Source of the DNA: Promethearchaeota archaeon
Lineage (GTDB): Archaea > Asgardarchaeota > Hermodarchaeia > Hermodarchaeales > Hermodarchaeaceae
DNA: 32,000 nt
Assembly (NCBI GenBank): GCA_048938295.1
Contig: JBHLMI010000001.1
Coordinates: 89,449 to 121,448 of the forward strand
Reading direction: 5' to 3'
The notes under the pieces are model-generated. The model worked only from the letters and a program-made list of their open reading frames with translations, made no database searches and was not told the origin of the DNA. A program made the translations under genes and the position numbers. Positions 8,811 through 16,276 of the stretch are shown in pieces (position 1 is the stretch's first letter; every line of letters starts with the position of its first letter).

Positions 8811-10160
8811 ATGGGATTAGTTAAAAAAGGAATGAAAGTCGTCCAACGCGACAGAAACGCAATCGGACAAGCTCTTCGTCTGGCTTATTACCCGGTAGTT
8901 GCTGTTCAGGCTGAAGGCTCCAAGGTAAAGGACAAAGATGGAAACGAATACATCGACTTCCTAGGCGGAGCAGCGGCTCTGCCCATTGGTCACCGGCATC
9001 CTGCTGTAGTTAGAGCCATCCAAGAACAAGCAGACAAATTGATCCACCATCCACCACTTTACGGATACCATGAACTTGCTGTCGATTTGGCTGAGAAATT
9101 AAATCAGCTTCCACCTGGAGATTTTCCTAAGAAGACAATCTATCAACTCGCGGGGGCTGCAGCAATGGATCTCACTGTAAAACTTGTTAGGGTGGGAACA
9201 AGGCGAACAAAAATCATCACCTTCCTAAAGGGGTATTATGGAGCACTTTATGGAGCCTTATCCTTGAGTGCCTTTTCCACTGTTCAACGGCGGTATTTGG
9301 GACCTTTTATCCCAGAAATTTATCATGTGCCTTTCGCTGATTGTTACCGTTGTATCTTCAAACAGCAATACCCAGATTGTGGGCTCGCTTGTTTAGACTA
9401 CTTGAAGACCGTACTTAGGCATCTCGTCCCTCCCGAAGAGGTTGCAGCAATCATATCAGAACCCGTCGGATCCGATGGAGGTTACATCTTTCCACCTGCT
9501 GAATGGCTGAAAGGCCTTCAAGAGATTTGCCAAAAAAACGATATGCTCTTTGCGCTTGATGAAATTCAAACCGGATGTGGACGATGTGGCTCCTGGTTTT
9601 TATCAGAGCAGTATCATCTGATCCCTGACCTCGTCGCCTTTGGGAAGGGATTCTCTGCAGGCGTACCGTTAAGTGGAGTAATTGGCCGCGCATCTGTGAT
9701 GGATGAATTAAAACCCCCTTCTGCAATTGGCACAGGTATTGGAAATCCAATTGCTTGTGCAGTAGCTCTCGCTGTCATGGATGTCATCAAAAAAGAAAAC
9801 CTCATCGTGCAATGTCAGAGAATGGGAGGCTACCTTAAGGAACGATTAGAAGAAATGAAAAAAGACCATCCGCTGATTGGTGATGTTCGAGGTAAAGGCA
9901 TGTTAATAGGCGTAGATCTGGTGAAGGATCAGCAGACTCGCGAACCTGCCCGTCTCGAAGCCTCGAAGGTGTGTTGGCGTTCTGGCGAGTTAGGGCTAAT
10001 ACTAACCACTCTTGGTGAATCCGTACTTCGTATCTGTCCAGCTTATAATCTTTCTAAAGAGGAAGCTGATGGTGCGTTGGAGATCATCGATAAATCTCTA
10101 GGTGCTGTTGAAAAAGGGAAGATACCTGACACGGTAGTTGCTTCTCTTTCTCCTTGGTAA
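8811..10160 (+). CDS. Class III (fold-type I) PLP enzyme, GabT-like, resembling the amino-acid racemase/epimerase subgroup
   Basis: 449 aa; YIDFLGGAAALPIGH, EPVGSDGG, DEIQTGCGRCG, FGKGFSAG (PLP lysine), GDVRGKG; C-terminal Trp. Confidence 0.85.
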   Translation: MGLVKKGMKVVQRDRNAIGQALRLAYYPVVAVQAEGSKVKDKDGNEYIDFLGGAAALPIGHRHPAVVRAIQEQADKLIHHPPLYGYHELAVDLAEKLNQLPPGDFPKKTIYQLAGAAAMDLTVKLVRVGTRRTKIITFLKGYYGALYGALSLSAFSTVQRRYLGPFIPEIYHVPFADCYRCIFKQQYPDCGLACLDYLKTVLRHLVPPEEVAAIISEPVGSDGGYIFPPAEWLKGLQEICQKNDMLFALDEIQTGCGRCGSWFLSEQYHLIPDLVAFGKGFSAGVPLSGVIGRASVMDELKPPSAIGTGIGNPIACAVALAVMDVIKKENLIVQCQRMGGYLKERLEEMKKDHPLIGDVRGKGMLIGVDLVKDQQTREPARLEASKVCWRSGELGLILTTLGESVLRICPAYNLSKEEADGALEIIDKSLGAVEKGKIPDTVVASLSPW

Positions 10161-10174
10161 CATGCTGGAAACTC

Positions 10175-10423
10175 TCAAGGGGGACGAAACATGATAACTG
10201 AAAGGAGAAGTGACGCGGCTGCTATTATTATAACAATGATAACAGGAATGGCATTCATTAGTCGTTCTCTTCGAGCCTTCTTCGCGAACAAGTTCTTGTG
10301 TTCTGCATTGCAATACTCCATGCCATAACGTACTGGAGCACCACAGAGTTCACAATGAGCATGTTTAGGAACTTGAAGGTGTGGTTCTTTTTCCTTGTGC
10401 TTTTTATGCGAGTTAGGCATCAT
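10175..10423 (-). CDS. DUF2116-family Zn-ribbon protein with C-terminal TM helix
   Basis: 82 aa; KHAHCELCG...YCNAEH, a basic helix, then a hydrophobic segment. Confidence 0.75.
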   Translation of the reverse strand: MMPNSHKKHKEKEPHLQVPKHAHCELCGAPVRYGMEYCNAEHKNLFAKKARRERLMNAIPVIIVIIIAAASLLLSVIMFRPP

Positions 10424-10671
10424 AGATCATCATTTTTGGTAGGGTAGTATTCAAGGGTCTATTAATCTTTATACTCTGAAAATTACAGACAACTCAACTA
10501 GTTCAGATATGATTTCAAAACAACGTCTGTTTTCTTCTGTTTTTCCTCTATCATTGAGTCAGGGGATTGAGCGTCATCGGATAAAGACGATACCCTGCGT
10601 TTGAGAACACAAGGGTTTCATATTAAAATTTGAAAAAGCTTTATGAACTTTAAGCCATCCTTAGCCCTTCA

Positions 10672-12006
10672 GTGGGGGTTTTACCCAAAATGCCAAAATA
10701 TGAACCCGAAGGATTAGCCATTCGAGAAAGTATTGATCCCGAAGACTATGTAATTGCTACATTCCATATCCGAACACAAGAACCGGATTTGCTTCACATT
10801 GTTGAAGGGCTGTCGATCGAGCAAACCACTGGTACCTGGATTCGGGTACCTCGTGAAACTGATGAAGTCCGCCGCCAGTTTCTAGGAAAAACTATGGGCT
10901 TTTACCGAACACCTGGACCAGATTATACTAATATCATCGCCCAGATTGGTTTTCCAATGGCTAATTTTCTGCCCTCTGTTGCACAACTTATGGCTGCTAT
11001 TGCTGGAAATATTTTTTACGTGAAGAATACAGCCGTTCGCATTCTGGATGTGCAATTTCCCAAATCATTTGCCGCACCCTTTAAAGGTCCAAAATTTGGT
11101 GTCGAAGGTATACGTGAGCTTCTCAAAGCCAAAGAACGACCACTAACTCTTACAATGATTAAACCTTGTGTAGGACTCGAAAGCAAAGTTTTCGCCGAGC
11201 AATGTTATGAAAGTGCCGCGGGAGGAATTGATATCATCAAAGATGATGAACTCATGGAATCTCCCTGTAACTGTCTTCTCGAGGATCGTATCACTGCTGT
11301 TATGGAGGCAATCGATAAAGCTGAATCTGAAACAGGCGAAAAGACTCTTTACACAATCAACGTCTCAGATGATGGACACCGAACATTGGAAAATGCCGAA
11401 AAAATGGTTGAAATGGGTGCCAATGCACTGCATGTCAATTTTCTGGCAACAGGATTAACGATTCTTCGAGATGTGGCAGAAGATCCATCGGTCAAGGTTC
11501 CCGTTCTCGCTCACCCAGCTGGAGCTGGAATGTGGTATCGCGGATTCCATGGCTTCAATTATCCAACAATCGCCAAATTCGTCCGACTATGTGGCGGCGA
11601 TATGTATATTCTTCCAACAAGCCATGGTAAGCTTTTCATGCCTTACTTCGATGAAATTACCTCTGCATTGAACTCCCGAGCTCCCTTCTATCATATAAAA
11701 GCTAATTGGCCAATCGTTGGTGGCGGGGTGTATCCTGGAATGATTCCAGTAAACCTGCATGAACTGGGGACAGACATTATCCTTGGCGCAGGCGGTGGTG
11801 TCCATGCCCATCCCAACGGCTCCACTGATGGGGCTAAAGCCATGCGACAAGCTGTTGACCTCTATATGCAAGGTGGTAATTTCGAAGAAATACCTAAGGA
11901 CATGAAGGAACTGCAACTGGCTGTTGACAAATGGGGAACATACCTTAAACCTCGGGTTGAAGGGTTTTCCACAGAGATAGAACCTGAATTTGGATGGGAC
12001 GGTTGA
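10672..12006 (+). CDS. RuBisCO-like protein (form IV RLP)
   Basis: IEQTTGTW, GPKFGVEGIR, MIKPCVGL, GIDIIKDDELM, GAGGGVHAHP. Spinach-numbered K177, R295, H327 and S379 are replaced (C, P, I, G). The start may be the ATG at 10690. Confidence 0.92.
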   Translation: MGVLPKMPKYEPEGLAIRESIDPEDYVIATFHIRTQEPDLLHIVEGLSIEQTTGTWIRVPRETDEVRRQFLGKTMGFYRTPGPDYTNIIAQIGFPMANFLPSVAQLMAAIAGNIFYVKNTAVRILDVQFPKSFAAPFKGPKFGVEGIRELLKAKERPLTLTMIKPCVGLESKVFAEQCYESAAGGIDIIKDDELMESPCNCLLEDRITAVMEAIDKAESETGEKTLYTINVSDDGHRTLENAEKMVEMGANALHVNFLATGLTILRDVAEDPSVKVPVLAHPAGAGMWYRGFHGFNYPTIAKFVRLCGGDMYILPTSHGKLFMPYFDEITSALNSRAPFYHIKANWPIVGGGVYPGMIPVNLHELGTDIILGAGGGVHAHPNGSTDGAKAMRQAVDLYMQGGNFEEIPKDMKELQLAVDKWGTYLKPRVEGFSTEIEPEFGWDG

Positions 12007-12114
12007 TAGACAACTGAATTCCTCAATTCACATATTCAACTAGAGTTGATGTGCAGTCGACATATTTCGAACTGCCTCCTCCTCTAGTATTCTCTTCTTC
12101 CCTGAAGCTTCACT

Positions 12115-13440
12115 TTATTCGCCTTCATAACTAGGTGATATTTTATCTAACGCTTGACGAGCGTGATACTGACAGGTCATTAACTGATCTTCCATCATTT
12201 TAACAAGAGCAGGTGCTGCATCAATCGCCTCAGGACCGAATTTTGCGAGAAGGCGAGCAGCCATTACTCGGGTTACTGGGTCACGATTTGTAACTTGTTT
12301 GGCAAGCTGGGGAATGACTTCTGGAACATCTGTGATGATTTGATTTAATAGGTTGAAACTATCTCGACGAATAAATGGCTCTGCTTTGCGAAGGGGTAAA
12401 TTACGCACTAATGCTTCTACAATTGGGCTAGGAGCTGATTGAAACCTATGCAACGTCTGCGATGCCACTAATCGTAACGCTGGGTGCCGGTGGGACAATA
12501 GTCGAAGCACATTCATCTCAGCGTCTTTTGCAGGTGTTCCTATGAATCCTAACGCTTGAATAGCAAAGATGCCATTCATGGGGTCTGGATCTCTAATACT
12601 TTTGGTAAAGAATTCAATACTGGCTTCATCATAAATAGCCAGACGTGCTAATCCGCTTTGACTAAACAGTCGGAGTTGTGAGTCTTCTGCGTCTTTGACT
12701 GCTCTTAAAGCTTTAATTACATCGCTTGATTTGACTCCGATCATTCCCAGAGCAATTGCAGCATCACGAGCAACGGTTAAATCTGAATCTTGAAGAAGAG
12801 AAATTAGTTTTGGAATAGCATCTTTGGCGGCTGGTCCGATTTTTGCTAAAAGAAGAGCTGAATGCCCTCTTATCTCTACGCTGTCGTTGTTTAGCAGTCC
12901 AATTACTGGTTCCACTGTCGATGCGGCGTCTATGTCAAAAAATCGTAGAGTGACAAGACTTGTTACCACAACCTCTGGATCCTTACTATGCAGGTTTGCA
13001 CGAATGTAGGGAACACTTTGTGCACCTGCCATTAGAAGTCGCAATGTTGCGGTTCGCTGATCCTTCGCTCGATTACTATACAATACCTGAGCCGCTTCGC
13101 GGATTTGTTCATTATTCAGCTCAAGTCGACCAATATCCGCTTCTTCATAGTCAATCATTTCATCTAATGCATCATAAGGATTGATGTGTTCGGTTAGCAA
13201 ATCTATTCTCAATCGTCCTGGCTTTGCCTGCCTCGATTGCCCAATAATGCCTTGAAGCCAGAGGAAAAAACCTAGACTTACGATTATCGCGCCAAAGAAC
13301 AGAATAAGGACACTAGCGACGACACCTATGATCATCACGATAATACCTACAACAGCAAAAGTGACTATAAGCCACCTGCGCCAAGATCTAGATTGCTTCG
13401 ATTTGGTTGACATCGTTGGTAACTCCAGTTTAGCTTCCAA
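12115..13440 (-). CDS. Membrane-anchored HEAT/PBS-lyase-repeat protein
   Basis: 441 aa; two N-terminal TM helices, then repeats of the type D...VR..AA..LG.IG..AK.AIP.L. Confidence 0.85.
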   Translation of the reverse strand: MEAKLELPTMSTKSKQSRSWRRWLIVTFAVVGIIVMIIGVVASVLILFFGAIIVSLGFFLWLQGIIGQSRQAKPGRLRIDLLTEHINPYDALDEMIDYEEADIGRLELNNEQIREAAQVLYSNRAKDQRTATLRLLMAGAQSVPYIRANLHSKDPEVVVTSLVTLRFFDIDAASTVEPVIGLLNNDSVEIRGHSALLLAKIGPAAKDAIPKLISLLQDSDLTVARDAAIALGMIGVKSSDVIKALRAVKDAEDSQLRLFSQSGLARLAIYDEASIEFFTKSIRDPDPMNGIFAIQALGFIGTPAKDAEMNVLRLLSHRHPALRLVASQTLHRFQSAPSPIVEALVRNLPLRKAEPFIRRDSFNLLNQIITDVPEVIPQLAKQVTNRDPVTRVMAARLLAKFGPEAIDAAPALVKMMEDQLMTCQYHARQALDKISPSYEGE

Positions 13441-13548
13441 CAGGGCATTGTTCCCTTAAACTTGTTATGTTCTTTGGAATCATTATATCAAACATCTGTT
13501 GCTCCCATTCCAATAGAACTAAGGAAAAGAATGCATCGCGCTTCATAT

Positions 13549-14244
13549 TTAGGATAGGGAGTGTAGGAATTGCTGCATTTTCCTGACTTCGTCAGTAATA
13601 ATAGTCTCTATCCCCGCATCCATCATTCTCTGCAAATCCTCTATTTCATTTACAGCCCAAGGGTAAACAGCTAATCCCACCTTACGACTCTTTTTCACTA
13701 GTTCTTGAGAAATCAACTGAGATTGGGGTGCAATCATTGAACACCCCAAACTGCCTGCAAGCTGAACGGAATCCGCTAGAGGGCTTTTGAAGATTAACGC
13801 TGTTTGAGCCTTTGCATCCAGTTCTTGAATTTTGCGCAGTACAGAAGGCTGGTATGACGAAATTACGACCTGATTGTCGATATTAGCCTCCTGAATCAAG
13901 TTAATCACTGCTTCTTCGATATTCTCTGGCTTAATCTCAATCATTACGAGTACATCGGATTTACCTTTAACCAGTTCAATTAATTCTCGTAAAGTTGGAA
14001 TCTGTAATCCGCCGCTAAGCTTAAGTTTCTGCAACTCTTCAAGTGCTAACTCTACGACTGCACCTGTTCCATTAGTCTTCGCATCAACCACAAAATCATG
14101 AAAAACAACAATCTCCCCGTCACTCGATCCTTGAACATCAATTTCAATCCCATTCACACCCAATCTTAAAGCCTCCCGCACGGCATACAACGTGTTTTCA
14201 ATCGGACCTTTTCCAAATCCCCGATGGGCAATTATCTTGACCAT
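13549..14244 (-). CDS. Glycerophosphodiester phosphodiesterase (GDPD/UgpQ-like)
   Basis: IIAHRG, ENTL, IEIDVQ, FHD, IPTLRE, MIEIK, WAVNE, IITD; ATG at 14244 preferred over GTG at 14256. Confidence 0.92.
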   Translation of the reverse strand: MVKIIAHRGFGKGPIENTLYAVREALRLGVNGIEIDVQGSSDGEIVVFHDFVVDAKTNGTGAVVELALEELQKLKLSGGLQIPTLRELIELVKGKSDVLVMIEIKPENIEEAVINLIQEANIDNQVVISSYQPSVLRKIQELDAKAQTALIFKSPLADSVQLAGSLGCSMIAPQSQLISQELVKKSRKVGLAVYPWAVNEIEDLQRMMDAGIETIITDEVRKMQQFLHSLS

Positions 14245-14375
14245 ACCAGACACCACGCCTCTTCATATCTTCCATCGCTTCCGAATAAAAAGGGATTCCC
14301 AAGCTATAGAATCTGGAAACCGCTTCCCATACTTTATAGACGCTACTACCATTCACAACAATGGACAAAAAGCGT

Positions 14376-14780
14376 CTAACTCTTATCCTTTTCAAATTTG
14401 AGTGCAATGGAATTGATACAGTAGCGGCATCCGGTCTTATCTTTAGGTCCATCATCAAAGACATGACCCAGGTGCCCACCGCAGTTCTTGCACACGACTT
14501 CAATTCGCCGCATCCCATGCGACAAATCCAACCTCTCCTCAATTTTGTCCTTATCCAGGGCCTCATAAAAACTCGGCCACCCACTCCCCGACTCAAATTT
14601 CGCTTCTGATGAAAAGAGTTCCACCCCACAACCTGCACATTTGTAAGTACCCTTTTCTTTTTGTTTCCAATATTTCCCCGTGAACGGCCGTTCGGTTCCC
14701 TTCTGTCGCAACACTTGATACTCTTCTTTTAACAGCTTCTTCTTCCATTCTTCATCAGTTACTTCTCTTGCCTTCTTCAT
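14376..14780 (-). CDS. msrB: Peptide methionine-R-sulfoxide reductase, Cys type, Zn-binding
   Basis: [12 protein letters not shown] and CKNC Zn motifs, [27 protein letters not shown]; alternative GTG start at 14792. Confidence 0.96.
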   Translation of the reverse strand: MKKAREVTDEEWKKKLLKEEYQVLRQKGTERPFTGKYWKQKEKGTYKCAGCGVELFSSEAKFESGSGWPSFYEALDKDKIEERLDLSHGMRRIEVVCKNCGGHLGHVFDDGPKDKTGCRYCINSIALKFEKDKS

Positions 14781-14976
14781 CTCAACCAACACTCCTACAT
14801 CTCTGAATTCCTAATTGCCTTAAGCAGACAATAATACCGACTAGTGAGTTAGAAAAGGGGGCTTTAACTCCAATGAACTTACCAGAGTTACCCACACCAA
14901 ACGCGTTCTTACTCGTTTTCCTACTCAGCCTGTACGATTCCATTAGGTATATATTCGGCAATTACTCTCTTCTAGT

Positions 14977-15222
14977 TTGGAGGCGAAAGGTATCAAAAAC
15001 CGCGTCCAAGACCATAATGGAAAATCTCATAACCGACACTGGGCGGCTTACATCGAAGCGATGCGTGGACCCCTAAGCAGCATACCGGCGGATGATCAAA
15101 AAATCGATGCCGAGATTGCCAGGGAACGTGCCGAAACCCGGTTCTTCCAGGCACGCAATCAATCCTCCATGAAACGATCAGCATTCCATCTGACCAAAAT
15201 GCTCAAACGCCAAAGTGGGTAA
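14977..15222 (+). CDS. Small hypothetical ORF or gene remnant (charged helical segment)
   Basis: 81 aa with TTG start; the core WAAYIEAMRG...DDQKIDAEIARERAE looks protein-like, but no family recognised. Confidence 0.25.
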   Translation: MEAKGIKNRVQDHNGKSHNRHWAAYIEAMRGPLSSIPADDQKIDAEIARERAETRFFQARNQSSMKRSAFHLTKMLKRQSG

Positions 15223-15246
15223 CCAACATAACACAAAACCAACCAA

Positions 15247-15834
15247 GTGAATGGGTTGCTGAACCGAAGGGTTAGTATCGCCATTTTAGTCGTGGTAGTT
15301 ATTAGTGGCTGGCTAACCTTCCCTAACCGAGTTACCGGGGAAACGATTGAAAGTGTTATAATCTGTGTGTACTGCGAGGGAGATTGGTCTGGCAGCTACG
15401 GTGCTAGATCCGACATTCACCAAATTTCTGGCAACACTAGCACAACCTACCAATTCAATCGAACCAATCCAACTTATGGGTGGGCACCCACAGCCATCGT
15501 GTCAAAAACCAGTCCTGGAACTTACAACCTCACCCTAACCATCGAGACACCAACGAGAATCAAACTCGAACGAGCCACGACCACCGCCGAATATGGTCAA
15601 GTCACAGTAGCCTGGAGTGAAGAACCCATACCAATTCCCGGATTTCCGTGGCCTGCAATTCTCTTCGCACTAATCGGCACTTTTCCCCTTATCCTGAAAC
15701 AAAAAAGAAACAACTCCTCTATAACAGGACCTAAAACGAATTACTGCTTGAATTGCAGGGCGCCTATAACCAATCCTTTTTCTGGATTCCTGTATCTTGA
15801 CACATTGGAATCGTGTTTTTCCTTGCAAGACTAA
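15247..15834 (+). CDS. Secreted/surface protein with PGF-like C-terminal sorting segment; 3' end probably rearranged
   Basis: N-terminal hydrophobic signal, Thr/Ser/Asn-rich beta domain, PIPIPGFPW + TM + KQKR, then a lone CxxC (YCLNC) and a tail that overlaps the fumarase fragment in antisense. Confidence 0.7.
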   Translation: MNGLLNRRVSIAILVVVVISGWLTFPNRVTGETIESVIICVYCEGDWSGSYGARSDIHQISGNTSTTYQFNRTNPTYGWAPTAIVSKTSPGTYNLTLTIETPTRIKLERATTTAEYGQVTVAWSEEPIPIPGFPWPAILFALIGTFPLILKQKRNNSSITGPKTNYCLNCRAPITNPFSGFLYLDTLESCFSLQD

Positions 15835-15928
15835 CATTATCTAAAATGGCTTTTAGCTGATTCCTAGCGGTGCAATTTGTCTCTTTTGCTAATGCGTGTT
15901 CAAGACCTTCAGAAACATCAGAATCAAT
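15764..15928 (-). pseudogene. Fragment of class I fumarate hydratase / L-tartrate dehydratase alpha subunit
   Basis: Minus strand gives IDSDVSEGLEHALAKETNCTARNQLKAILDNVSLARKNTIPMCQDTGI, then QKKDWL and stop. Matches the family N-terminus ending in the CQDTG motif; no start codon; absent from the ORF track. Confidence 0.8.
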
Positions 15929-16276
15929 AAACTCTTCATCAAAGGCCGAGAGCAGATATTGCAGAAAAAACTCGGCATTATGCGATTTAGCCCAGTTTTT
16001 GGCAGATTGCAGCCCGAGGATGATACCCGGAACTTTACTAATTACAGCATTAATAGCCCCAATTTGCTCAAATGTGAGGATAAACTGTATCTAGGGTAAC
16101 TTACAAAAGGTTGGTTTGCACCTAATACGTTTCCAGCTTAAAAACCTGAAAAGTCTCAATCATCAAGTGAAAGCCTATATCATACAAGTGGACAAGTACC
16201 TTATTAGAATTCATTGGGGGAATGTGAACCCCAGATCAACTTCAACATGTAAAAGCCCGGAGGATTGAGGGATATC

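Noticed and set aside
10672-12006. Bona fide CO2-fixing RuBisCO (form III)
   Set aside because: The K177, R295, H327 and S379 equivalents are substituted.
14376-14780. Selenocysteine recoding in MsrB (also checked in the hydrogenase)
   Set aside because: The catalytic positions are ordinary Cys codons and there is no in-frame TGA.
14885-14925. Possible fifth copy of the hydrogenase tail (shared acgcgttct)
   Set aside because: Only about 9 nt match and there is no consistent translated similarity.
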